A stretch of DNA of 63,994 bases, counting the filler, from Porpidia crustulata (taxonomy: Eukaryota): NCBI GenBank assembly GCA_964255105.1. It is 5 parts of 5 records of this genome, joined end to end, with 100 filler letters (N's around TTAATTAATTAA, not from the genome) between each part and the next. Parts side by side here need not be neighbours in the genome. Positions count along the whole stretch, not along the records: positions 25,901 to 38,741 come from CAXUWE010000479.1; 4 more parts are not named here. One strand, given 5' to 3'. Position numbers and translations under genes: made by a program. The notes beneath the pieces are model-generated. The model worked only from the letters and a program-made list of their open reading frames with translations. It was not told the origin of the DNA and searched no databases. This document shows, one piece after another, positions 26,103-38,841 of the stretch. Each line of letters begins with the position of its first letter. The first letter of the stretch is position 1.

Positions 26103-26705
26103 GGTGTGGCTGTGTCTGATTGTGCGTGGTTTCGTTCAGCGAAGTGACGATTGTGGGTTCTGGATCGTGGCAGTTAGACGGTACCTTGGCGGGAGAAGGT
26201 AAGGATGGTGAAGAGAGGTATGGGGGGAGAAGGGGTTGGAATTGCGGGTGTGACGGATGCAAGAGAAATGGTGGGTTGATTGGAAGACTTACTATGCTGT
26301 AGGTCTTGGGTGTTGACCTTCTATGGCTTGAGCTTATGATGGTGCAATCGCTGTTGTTGATTGTAGAAGTAGAATATGTTTTGGAGGGGCGATAATATAG
26401 TACCTTATAGCCCCACCAACCTACGTCACTAGCGTATTTTTAGAGGAGCGGAAATTCACCCTGCGCTATTCACTGCAATCAGGGGAATATCACGCGTCAT
26501 TTCGTAACAAGGGATCATTCCATCTGTACACGTTTACAGCCAGCCAAAGTAAGCCCTGGAAGTCTTCCCACATTCTGCTGTCCCGGGATAGATCTATATT
26601 GATTGACTTCGCCTACATCTCGGAGAAAATTCGAGTTATTGACACATCAACGCAGTCAAATAGTAAGGCCTGAAAAACGGGAATGTAAGCAGAGTCGTGC
26701 AATTG

Positions 26706-28004
26706 CTATAGATGACCAGTGACTGGTAATCCACGTTGCCGAAGCTCTTTTTCAATGACTTTCCACCTTCCCAGTTCCTTCTCCTTGTCAATAGGAGTGT
26801 ATCTTCGGTCCATTATCTGCAGATTTGGAAGACTTTGCAGTTTCTCGCTGAGCGTTAGGGTTTCTGCAAGCTTCTTGGGCTTCGGCTTCTTGATGAGATG
26901 TCCTAGTAGTCCGTTCGTAGACTTTATGCCATCGATTGCGGGGTCGGGGATACGAGTACCTGTAAGCTGCATGACACGCTTCAATATCTATGGCATAGGT
27001 TAGCGGTTCGCTCATTTTGGAGAGGATTGATACATACTGCGAACTTAAGATCTGGATCGTCGAAACGGATATAACGCCAGCTAGTATCTTTGGATGCAGC
27101 CTCCAGCAGATTTGGCTTTTGTACTTCCACTTGAAAATCTGTCTCAAGATCCAAGTTCTGTGCCGACTCTGATTCTAGCACGCTAGCATCTGCATCATCG
27201 TTTGCCTGTTCAGTCTCTTGCTCCTCCACTTCCAGCACTCCTTCTTCCGTGTACATGGGTAGCCTTTCCTCTTCCGGTTCCGGCCTCGACACAGACATCA
27301 AGACAGTTTCCCGTAATTGTTCATCGGTAAAGCTCAACGTTACATGCCCGTTGGCATCTTGCGGTGAGAAAGCTACACCGCTCAATTCTGGAGGATCCTC
27401 ATCCCGATCTGACTTGACAACGAGAGGCATGTTGGCTTCATGTAGTGTATATATTTCGATCAAGGCCCGGTGAACAGCTGCAAAGATTTCTTCCCGCGCT
27501 TTTAGAATGGAGGATGCCATGAAGCTAGGGGGAGACTTAAGTAAGCGTAGGACAACGGGAACCCAGGAATACTAACCCTTGGAAAGGGGCCATCTCATGC
27601 GCAGGAGGGAGACGAGCAAGCTCTGTAATCGAAGTTGCTGGTACATAGTCTTCTCCTAGGTCCCAGCCTTTAGGGGTCGAGATCCGAGGCTTTGTGTTCG
27701 CGATTCGCTCAGACCGTGCTTCAGCTTCAGCTTCAGCAGCCTCCTGTTCCTTGGCAACATCTCGTGGGGTCTTCGGACCATAAGGATCTTCTTGTCCGGG
27801 GGGGTTTTCTCCCCATATCCTTTTCCTCAACCCATCTGTAAAGTTGCCGCTGACGTGTCGCCGAAGGGCGAAAGATGCCTGTGGCAATAATTGACTGGTT
27901 TCAGACGCTCGTTGCCGGCATTGCAGGCATACGAAGCCTGAGCGAGATGAAGTCTGTCTTGTGACTTGTGCATTCACTGCGCCAATTCGTATAGCCGGTC
28001 TCAT
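26706..28004 (-). CDS. Mitochondrial large ribosomal subunit protein mL50
   Basis: Exons 28004-27577, 27524-27038, 26987-26706. Motif WRYIRFDDPDLKFA/ILKRVMQLTGTRIPDP and C-terminal RRYTPIDKEKELGRWKVIEKEL; presequence-like N-terminus. Confidence 0.82.
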
Positions 28005-28490
28005 GTTGGCTTTGAAGTTCTACTGAAGGTATTCGAAAATGAATTATTGAGCTAGGAGCACCAGCCTTGTCTTTTGACGCAGAGAAATGTCACTGTCAGT
28101 CTGCGATCGAATTCGCCGTGTGTGCTATATATGTGTAGAAGAGAAGAAACTCAACTTCGCATGTTGATTGAGTAGATTCCAATGATGTTGCTCATCAGCC
28201 GGAAGAATCGCGCTAGTACAATAACGAAACCGCTAGCCAAGAGTGCCAAGATAGGCCATGACATGCCTAAGTCCTCGAAATTGCTAAACAAAATTGTCAG
28301 GTCTGGGACTGTAGCTCAAGGCAATTTGTTCATGATCGTCACTTTTGGCACATGGAGGTGAACGATCATGATTTTCATTCAATCCTATCTCATACGACCC
28401 ATTTCCTGCTAAGCCAAACCATTGGGACAACCATGCTTGACCAAATAAATACGCAAGACTGCTCCAAACCCCAAGGTATTGCCAGCGACC

Positions 28491-29566
28491 TTAAGATTTC
28501 TCACTTAGCGGTGCTATGTCGGAGCTTGCGGCAACATCGGCAGCGGGTCCTGTCGCCGATTTCTCCCCAGTCATAGCACCCTTCGAACAGCCACTGCAAG
28601 CGCACTTTCCCTCTGCACATGGACAATTTCCTGTGTCGCCACCGCATTTGCACGTCGTCTTTTCAGTGCCAGGGACTTGCTGCATTGACTTCTCGTTCTC
28701 CGCCATAATGCTACCGCTGGTGCCAGCCTTACCACTCTTCATATCCGCCAACCTTCGGGCTTCGGCATGGATATCCCTCACCTGCTTGTCGCTTTGGGTG
28801 TAGAAGCTAGCCAGCTTTTGACCGGTTGGAGTGCCTAGTGCCTTCTCGAAATAGGAATTTAGACCCTTCCATGTGGTATTGGCCTTATCAGTGAGGCCGT
28901 AGCTTGCATCCAAACCCTTGGCACGATCGGTTGCCTTATATTTGCTGTCGAATGTTTGAAGAGCATTGGTGAAGCGAGCGGAGACGCCGTGTTTGTTATC
29001 AAGGGCAATGGCACGCTGAAGGGCATTATCGCTAATGACGTAACCGTGGGCTAAGTATTCGGCAGCGATGCGAGAACGTGGCTTGTCTTCTTGGGCTATG
29101 TCGTTCATATCGCGACTTGAATCATCGCTGGCTGGTTGAGAACCAGCCAAATCATCAAAGCCTGCAGCGCTGGAAACTTGGACCTGCGAACTACCGAGTT
29201 GCGTATTGTCAAGGAGCAAAGCTGTCTTTGCGGCTCTAGAAATATGTAAGTAAAGCTTCTAACTGGCATGATGAATCAAGTGAACTTTACGTTTCTTTTT
29301 CAAAGGTTACGGTTGCGCTTTTTGGGCTATCTGGAGCTTCAGATGCAGGCGTAACTGAGAGCGTGGTGATCTTGCCACTGCTATGTATTAGAGAAAACGT
29401 AAGCTTGTCTAGGTGAGATTTTGAAGAAATACCAAAAGCTGAAGAAGTCTCTCACTTCCTTCTCGCTTGTTCCATGACCAATGTTTTTGACCTGTAGATT
29501 TAAGAATCAGTAAGTCAGAATGTGCATCTTCTGGGAGTTTACACTGACATGAACCACAGTAGACAT
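28491..29566 (-). CDS. vip1: RRM protein Vip1-like with Cys-rich C-terminal tail
   Basis: Three GT-AG introns give MSTVVH/VKNIGHGTSEKEVRDFFSFC/GKIT...ATVTFEKE/TAAKTALLLDNTQLG, then QEDKPRSRIAAEYLAHGYVISD. Confidence 0.88.
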
Positions 29567-30156
29567 AATGGTGGAATTGGGTACGGTTTCGGAGGTTGTA
29601 GGATACTTGTTGGGTAAAAGTGCTGGATAGTTTATGGTAATTTGGATTGAAGGAATAGGTTCATGAGATATGTGGATAGGTAGGTGCGTATACAAACGTA
29701 AGTCAAGGGAGGAGGGGCGTGACGGGACCCTTGTTACCTTAACCTTGAATACTCGCAACGCTTACGACGTCAGTGGCTAGGAATGTGGCTGTGCAGCAGT
29801 CTTTTTGCATGTGAACAGCATGAGCTGTAGCTCTCAGCGAACGTGGCATGCGCACCTGGATGTGCAAGTCTTCAAGTATTCAAGCCACCATTTTGGCATT
29901 GAAGGCAATGACGAGTCAAAAATACGGAAGCTACTCACCTTTCCATCACGGAAGCCACTGCTTCAGCAATATTGCATCGCAAGTCACCGGTCTGCCATAA
30001 TTATGGAAATACGTAGACATACATTTCCTGAAGCGTCTTGGAGAATCACTGCCATCGCAAATGAAGGATTTGTTTTCTTCAGGTACGCCTTTGCGCCTGC
30101 ACCACAATAGAAGGCCCTCAACCACGAGGTTCAGAACCAAAGGCAGAGAGACCACA

Positions 30157-31233
30157 TCAGCGTCCGGCACCCAAACCAACGCTACCCGCACTTTCCCCAA
30201 CACCCACTGCATCCTCGTCATCGTCCGTGGTACTGGTTTGCCGCTGGGAACCGCCCCTGCCTGGCCCACTATTGCTCGCTGTATCAACGCTCACTAGAGC
30301 AGCATCTGATCCTCGACGGCTGCTAAGAGTTCTTTCCAGCTCTCGGATACGTTTCCGTAATGCTTCATTCTCTCGCTTGGCAACTTCTAATTCAGATCGA
30401 TGATATGCAGCTTCCTCGTAGCGCGCTGTAGCTACACTGGATGGTACGAAGGATGAACGAACGCTGCTTGGGCTCATTGTTTGCTGGAAGTTTGGAGGAG
30501 ACGTAACAAGGCCATGCTGAGAGGAACCAGACTGGCGGTGAGCGGGAAGGTTGGGGAAATGGTCGCCTTGATGGAGCGACGAAGACAGAGACGGTGATGA
30601 TGCTTCGGATCGTCTAGATGATGTAAGTGAGTTGTGCCTGCTCAGGCTTTCCCGCGCATGTGATAGGTGGGGACCAGCAACGTCGCGTGCAGGTGTGATG
30701 CCGAAAACGGTGCTTCCAGCAACTCCTCCCGTTGTCCCAGCGGTACTCCCGCTCACGCCAGTCAGTCCCGTCGTCGAGGTATTAATACTGCGAGTGCTCA
30801 AGCTCGAGGATGATCGATGGCGCCGTGATGGAGTGGGGTGACTGGGTCCGGAAAGTAGATGGTTGGCATTCTGATCCGTAGAGTCCGGGAGACCATTGGA
30901 TGTAGACGAGGTTGTAGACACAACAGACGCAGACTGTTGGCGAAGAATTGAGAGCTCCCTTGTAAGACGATTGACCTAAGGAGCGGTCCTTGATTAGGTG
31001 GCTGTGAATAACTCTTTCACTAATCTAACTAGACACGTACCACAGCTTCCTGCTCCTTCTCTAATTGCATATGTAGATCGGCGGCTGTGAGTGGTCTTGG
31101 GTGACGAATGGGACCTATCGAGATATGAGCGCCCTAGTAATAAAATGATAGACCAGCTTCAAGGTCTAAACTTCTTACCAGGGCCGACTCCCACTCCAGT
31201 GTTGTCTGCACCAGTTGCACTGCTGCCAGCCAT
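30157..31233 (-). CDS. Conserved-looking fungal hypothetical protein with coiled coils
   Basis: Two GT-AG introns give MAG...GVGVGPG/PIRHPRPLTAADLHMQLEKEQEAV/VNRLTRELSILRQQSAS, continuing into ORF 30157-30921 (ELEVAKRENEALRKRIRELE). Confidence 0.78.
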
Positions 31234-31817
31234 GTTCGGTATCGTCCGACTTGGTTGTTGATGGAGCAAGACCGGTAGCAATGCGGACTGTGGACTACTT
31301 ATCATACATGATGTACTATTCCCTAAGCATCTGTGTCATATAAAAGTGATTGATCTCTCATTGATTGAGTAGATAGCTTGGTAGAGCTTCGTCGTGTATC
31401 GATGATATGGAATGGGCATGTTCCACCAACACTTGGCATCGCACCCCTCCTTCCACATGCGACTTATGATACGATACATCAGACATATCTAACTACCAAC
31501 GACAACATCTCCAACCTTTCGAGCTCCTTTCTTTTCCAATGTCGTATATCATTAAATGGGTGCATAACCCGCAGTATTTGTGAAATTTCCCGTCACATCC
31601 ATCTTGCGTTCTAGCCAGCTACCTTTGTGTCATGATTCATTCTTTTGTACTCCCAGTGATTTTCCATGGCTCCGAATAGGACTCAGTCTCTCCAGCTATG
31701 GTCATGCTGTAAAACTTGAATGATCAGGATCGTGCTCGAGAACTTCGACAGACCTTACAGTAGGAAAGAGATTCTGCAAATTACACTTAGGCCTAATTAT
31801 ATGAAGCTCACCAGACA

Positions 31818-34480
31818 ATGGGCAACTCTGCAACCAAGGAGCAGAGGCAAGCACCACTCAGCCCACGGCCGGGTGGCTTAAGACGACCTTCTGAGCCTAT
31901 CGCTCCCGGTTCAGATCCTCCACTGCCAGACTCTAGTACAGAGCGCTCGACGCATCAGCTTTACAGCTCGCGCAGTGGAAGAGGCAGCCGATCAGATCTT
32001 TCCTCGTTCCTAGGACTCGGGAATGTTGTCGAAAGAGATCTTTCTGGTCCAGATGGACGGCGGGAGACAAAGCAAGAAAGGGAAGCTAGAAAGCTAGGAA
32101 AGGAGCGAGTCATGCGAGAAAGGGAGCGTGAGCGTAGCATGCGAGAGGAGAGCGTGGATGGAGGCTATCTTGTTACCCAGGGCGTTTACACGGGTCTAGA
32201 AGATTATAACAAGAACGTAGTACGACAATTAATGGTATGGAGCATGATATGAGGTATAGACATGCATTGACAGATTCTCAGATTGAACGACGAATCGCGC
32301 CGTTTTGGAGGGGACTCAACGACCATTCCAATTCATGGACGGAGAATCAATTAGTTGCAGCAGCGAGAGGACTACCTATACCAGCTCCCGACGAGATTCC
32401 AGAGGAGGATCATATCCAATCAGTTGATAAGGATGCTTCGCCGAATAAAATATCCAAAGGAATGGAAAATAGCCTGATGGTACCCATTACCTCTAGATCA
32501 CAGTCATATAATTCAGATTCGTCAACTCCAATATCTCCATCTACTTCCGAAGCACCCTCACCGTCTCCAACCATATCCGTGGTGACCTCACCGCCTGGCC
32601 CTACCTTGTTCAAAGGGCGAGCCAAAACTTTGGCGTCCCTCACTACTTCATCCAAGGGTTCGCAAGCTGAGATGGTGCCACGCGAAATAATGCTGCCAAA
32701 AGATCCCTACATCAGCGGCCAACAAATCGGCGCTTATCTCTACAAAGATGCATCTGAATGCCCCATTTGTTTTCTGTACTATCCTCCATATCTCAATAAG
32801 ACACGGTGCTGTGACCAGGCGATCTGTTCCGAGTGTTTTGTACAGATCAAGCGTCCTGACCCACATCCTCCCGAGCATGCTGATCCGACCGCTCCTACTC
32901 CACCATCTTTGGATAGTCTCAATGCGGAGGAACTCGACGGAGAAGATCCTTTAGTGTCGGAGCCTGCTGCCTGCCCATTTTGTGTGCAGCCAGAATTCGG
33001 GGTCATCTATGACCCTCCTCCCTTTCGGAGAGGGTTGACTTACGCCAATCAAGGGCACCCACTTATTAACAATACTCCTTCCGCCATGTCTTCGGAATCC
33101 TCCTTGGTATCGGGTATGAGTACTGGTGGACAATTTTCCCCGACATCGGCCGCCCGCCGGCGAACCACGTCCATTTCAGCAAGCTCTTACACAGTTATCA
33201 CTACCGACCAAATACGCCCACACTGGCATCAAAAGCTCACCAGTGCCAGGGCTCATGCTGCGAGACGCTCAGCTGCAGCAACGGCACTCCACACGGCGGC
33301 ATATCTGATGGGCAATCGCAGCCACGATTCGGACAGTCGGGCTTTCGCTGGATTCGGAAGACGTGGCATTCTTCGAAGAGGAGGGGGTGTTGATGGCTCG
33401 TCCGCTGCGAATAGTGTGTCCCAGCAAAACATGCTGGCTTTGATGGCGGAACGTTATGCAGCTTCTGGTGCTCGAGGAGAGACAGGCAGTTTTGGGGAAG
33501 GTGGGCCTGTCCATGCTTCTCGAAGCAATTCCAGGAGGGACCGAGTAGATGATTTGGAAGAACTGATGATGATGGAAGCGATTCGACTGAGCATTGTATC
33601 GGAAGAGGAGAGACGAAAGCGAGAAGAGAAGGAGTCCAAGAAGGAAGTAAAGAGGAAGGAGAAGGAGAACAAGAAGGCAGAAAAGATAGCTAGGAAGACT
33701 GGAGTCTACAATACTAGCGCAAACCAGAGCAGTTCAGGCTTGGATAGGACGCAAAGCGAAGTATCGCTTTCTTTACCAGGCTCAGTCCTGGCTCCGGGAA
33801 AAGGAAAGGAAACCCAGCGATCAGGTTTTGAGCAGACTAAGGTTGTAGTTTCTTCTTCCCACTCGAATGCTTTCACCAGAGGAACAACCAAAACTGGCTC
33901 GTCACCAGATACGGCTCAGGGTCATAAGGATCGTGCTGGAACATGGGTGCAGCCAAATGAAGCTCCCGCTTTGCCGGTCACCTACAAACCATCACATCTG
34001 AGAACTCTGTCAAATGCATCTTCCTCGGCATCTTCAGTCAATGAATCAGCATCTGTATCGCTGAGGAATGAGCATCTCGGATTACAGTCATCATCGGACG
34101 CATCGCTCAACTCTAGTGCTATCAATATCGCGAGAGGAACAGCGACACAGGACACCTTGATCTCGAGCACTCCCCCTGGTGGTGGTACTGGTACAGAACC
34201 AATGTTCAATTTTAGCAGTCTTGCGGCCATGGTGGGAGAAGAAGAGAAGTTGGGAGGTTCGATGCATATTGAAAACGCCGGAAATGACACTGAGGGTGGG
34301 CATCATCCCCAAAATGGTGAGAGCTCAAGTAACGTGGGCATAGGAGGCCTCCAAGGAGCCAGTGTAATGCTTGACCAAACAAAAAATGGATCTCAAGTGG
34401 CATCCAGTCTTCACTTTCAAGCTGAAAAGTCTCTGACCGACGGCGAAGGTCGTCGATACGAAGCTGGAGCTTTCTCGTGA
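31818..34480 (+). CDS. SIP5: Sip5 (Snf1/Reg1-Glc7 interacting protein)
   Basis: MGNSATKE start; [14 protein letters not shown]...[18 protein letters not shown] across intron 32235-32281; RING-like [10 protein letters not shown]...[17 protein letters not shown]...ACPFC. Confidence 0.92.
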
Positions 34481-35122
34481 TGGGTGGCAAGCAAGTGTAT
34501 CTGCTAGCACTCATCCTATCTTCATGGGTTGTATGGACGGCGTAACGGGAGGTAGGGGAGGTGTTTTGGGCATGCGACAGGGAGCTCTCTTGGCAGCATT
34601 GGGAAGGGTGGAGATCATGATTTCGTACCTGACCTATGAGCCTTGAGCTGCATGAGCACTCTTTACAGTAGGGTCTTAAGAGACTGATAGATTAGATTAC
34701 TCTGCTATACTTTCACCTCTTTTAATAAGTATGTGGAAAGAAGACATTGACCGTAGTATGTCATTTTCAGACTGATTAGATGCGCTGAGACAAGTTTTGG
34801 ATACACAATCGCCAATACCCAATCCCTAAATGAGCCCTAGAAGACCCCTCCACGCCCTCAAGACTACCCCGAGTGTAAGCTTACGCCGCTGCGTTCCTCT
34901 GCGCATTTCCAATCAAATTGTATTAATAAGCAGAAGGCGACACAGAATAATCGCATTCGAAACCAATAGGCGTTTGTCCAACTCGCCTCCCTAGTATCTT
35001 GATAAAGGCCCGGCATGCCTGCCAACCCTCGCGTCAGATAAGAATCATTGGATGCTGAAGTGCCACCATAAAGAGCCTCGACCACAGCATAAGCATGAGC
35101 TCTGGACAAGCGTCCTGTCAAG

Positions 35123-38102
35123 ATGAACAAGTCTTTGACACCCGACAGTATGGACTCCGCTCCTGTCTGGGACGACATGGACAGGTAAGTAGCTCTCCAT
35201 AGCTAACGGCCAAACCGTCGCTGAATATCAGATAAACAGGACTATGGGCCAGCTTTTTATGATGGGATTCGATGGCACGGAGGTCACGCCTCAAATTCGC
35301 CAACTGATCGAGGTCCATCATCTGGGAACAATTCTACTGACTGCAAAAAATCTGAAATGTTTCCAACTCCGAACCCGATTATTTAAATATTGTACCCTTG
35401 CTGATGAACGACAGCCGCTGAACAAACCACCAAATTGGTACTAGACTTGCAGAACATCGCACACAATGCCCGCCACCCTGTACCTCTGGCCATCGCTCTT
35501 GACCAAGAGAATGGTGGAGTTAATAGTCTCTTCGATGAAATTTATATTCGTCAATTCCCAAGCGCCATGGGCGTCGCTGCCACTGGATCTACGGAAATGG
35601 CGTACGAGATTGCCAAAGCAACAGCCGAAGAGCTGAGCTCTGTGGGCGTTAATTGGATCATGGGTCCCGTCTTGGATGTTCTTACGAATGCGAAGAACCA
35701 GCCGCTAGGCGTGCGAACGACCGGCGATGATCCGGAGGAGGTTTCCAAGTACGGCGTGGCTTTCATGAATGGCTACAAAGATGCAGGCATCGCGACTTGC
35801 GGCAAACACTTTCCTTCCTATGGTAATCTCGAGTTTTTAGGATCGTCACTCGATGTGCCCATTATTACCGACTCTCTGGAGCAGTTGAGTCTCAGCGCCT
35901 TGGTACCATTTCGTAATTCAATTTCCCACGGGATCGATGCAATGATGGTGGGCGGATGTGCTATGTCGTCGGCTGGTGTAAATGTCATGCATGCTTGCCT
36001 CTCCGAACAGGTGGTGGATGACCTTCTTCGGCGAGAGCTTGGCTTTGATGGCGTCGTGGTATCCGAATGCCTCGAGATGGAAGCTCTTAGTCACAACATC
36101 GGAGTCGGCGGAGGGACAGTCATGGCTGTCAATGCTGGCTGCGACATTGTACTTGTCTGCCGATCCTTTTCGGTACAGCAAGAGGCGATTAATGGTCTGA
36201 AGCTTGGTGTTGAGAACGCGATGATCACCAAATCGAGAATACGACAATCACTGAAACGAGTCCTCGATATGAAGGCTAGATGTACGACGTGGGAAAAGGC
36301 TCTTGCACCTGGGGGTATGACAACACTATCCTCTCTACAGCCATCGCACACGACATTATCTACAAAAGCGTATAATACCTCCATCACCGTGGTTCGCGAT
36401 AGGGATCGACTTCTACCGCTTTCTCACCTTTTGGAACCCGAAGAAGAACTACTAATGCTTTCGCCCTTAGTCAAGCCATTGCCGGCTTCTGCGGCTTCTC
36501 GAGGGCTAGCAGCCGGCGCAATCGCTGCCTCGCCGGGAACTATGTCTTGGGAGAAAGGGGCTTCGGTGATGAGTGGTGAGAGTGTCTTCCGAGAGCTTGG
36601 CCGATCCCTCGCGCGGCAACGAAGCGGGAGGGTCCTGCACACATCATACACGGCGAACGGAGTACGACCAGTGCATGAAAATCTGATCAATCGGGCCAGC
36701 GCGGTCATTGTCCTCACCGCCGATGCAAATCGGAATCTCTATCAACACGGGTTTACCAAACACGTCGCAATGATTTGTAAATCACAATTCTCGCAGGGTG
36801 GAGAGAAGCGCGAGAAGCCACTGGTGGTGGTCTCGGTCAGTTCTCCATACGACTTCGCCATGGATCCTTCGATCGGCACCTACATATGTACTTATGATTT
36901 CACGGAGACTGCGTTGCAGGCACTGGTCAACGTCCTTTATGGGGAGCTGACTCCCGCTGGAGCGTTACCTGGTACCATTAGTCAAAGGCAGAAGCTTCAC
37001 CAATCCAAGCAGCACTGGCTGGTAGAGAATTGGAATGAAGAGCGGGATGCTAATGCACTGGACGATTTGCTCAGAAAGCTGCAGCAGGAACATCCGCTAA
37101 ACCAGGCATCCGCGCTTTCTGGCTGCTCATCGAATAGCTTCATCCTACACAATCCTATGGTTGAAGAGTCCCACTTCGTCGTCCGAAACAGTAGCACTCA
37201 TGCACTGTACGGATTTTGCTCAACTTACTTCTTCAAGTCTACAGGTACAGGTGTGCTAGGATCAATACTAGTGGACCCTGAGAGGCGGAAGCTCTCAATT
37301 GGTTACTCTTTACACAATCGAGCCATTAGGACTCTGCTGCAACGGGAAGGGATTCGACATTTCCAACTCGGCTCCAAGCTCCCTTCGGTATTCCTAGGAA
37401 TACCCACCAGTAACAGCCTCGAACGGAAGCGACTGCGTTCATGGTTTGCAAACATGTCATGGGTCGACGTTGCGTCGCAACCGGTGTGTAGTATGATCAT
37501 GAAAGATCTGTCTTCGTGGAGCGCTCCCGAGGGTATTGTCAAGGCTTTACAAAACACGGACCTCGAATTCGACCTCGTCCGTGGTTGGGAGCATTCGGAA
37601 TCTATCATCGACCACATCAAAGCGGACACAACCCCAGGCACGATGGAAATATACAAATTGGCATTGGCGGATCAAGCAGCTTGCGGAGTCATTCGAGCCA
37701 AGAGGCCTGGAGACGGCAGCCTCCTCGGGACCGTCGTACTATACAATGCTAGCTGCAGCTGGGCCGAGACGGTGCCGCCGTTGAAGAACACCAACGAAGC
37801 CATGGGGGGGATCTCGAGCGCGGTGATCGCGTCGAGCCCGGAAACATATTCCACGCTACTACAGGGCCTGGTACTGCTCGGGATCCGACAGCTCAAGAGC
37901 CAGCACGCTGAGGCGGTGCTCTTGGATCACGTAAGTCTCACTGCGCACGGTCCGTCCCGTTGTGGGAATGGAGGCACTAGCTAACAGGATTTAGATTGTT
38001 GGAGAAGAGAACTTTGACAGTCTGTCGGCTATGGGTTTCAGTGTGTTGAATAGCTTCGAAGAAATCTCCTGCAACGCGAATGCCATGATACCACCATCTT
38101 GA
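35123..38102 (+). CDS. GH3 beta-N-acetylglucosaminidase-like protein with C-terminal GNAT-like domain (NGS1/nag3-like)
   Basis: GQLFMMGFDG, ALDQENGGV, GPVLDV, CGKHFPSYG, VVSECLEMEAL; GNAT-like segment GSILVDPERRKLSIGYSLH. Introns at about 35185-35239, 35359-35414 and 37931-37994. Confidence 0.9.
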
Positions 38103-38741
38103 CATTTCTATCTAATTAGTAGCCTCCTTGATCTGATTCATACCCGGTCAAACATGACCGCAGCCCAGGGGTCTCCGGGGTTGGTGTTCTTCTAGAAGGA
38201 AATCGTCGGTCGCTGGATATCTTATCGTGACTGATATTTGGCCGGTGCTATCGGCTCTTCTGCCGGCCCTTGCCACAGCAAGAGTTCGGGGAAGAGCGTA
38301 TCGGATCAGGAGGCTGTGCCAGAACGGCGTTAGTGTCGCGGTGATCATCATCGCGACATCAAATCGAAGTACACAGTATTCTTGTCCCTTGCAATTCCCT
38401 ACGCTTGTCCAGCGACAACTATTGAGGGAGAAGTAAATCACGGGCGTGCCACGAAAGCACGTCATAATTGTGACTCGAGTTCTACAGACTACGTGTGAGG
38501 TGCCAAAGGGAAGCCTCAGACCGCCATTGAAGGGTGCGACGGAAAGCGCTGACGGTCTTGATGTAAGTGTGGCAGACAGCGGAGAGATGTCCGCACCTGG
38601 GTCAACAACATCTACATAGACCTTTGGATAGAGTAGTGGAGAAAATAACAATCATGCATCTCTGAAATGTTCGTCCACCTGCTCCGTCTCCTATTCCACC
38701 ATCATGTCATGAGACTCTCCCCTACCTCCCAACCTCCCTAT

Positions 38742-38841
38742 NNNNNNNNNNNNNNNNNNNNNNNNNNNNNNNNNNNNNNNNNNNNTTAATTAATTAANNN
38801 NNNNNNNNNNNNNNNNNNNNNNNNNNNNNNNNNNNNNNNNN
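38742..38841. other. Artificial contig linker
   Basis: N run - TTAATTAATTAA (38786-38797) - N run. Confidence 0.98.

Noticed and set aside
38148..38651. 167-aa minus-strand ORF
   Set aside because: Non-ATG start, no motifs, and it lies in the 3' flank of the GH3 gene.
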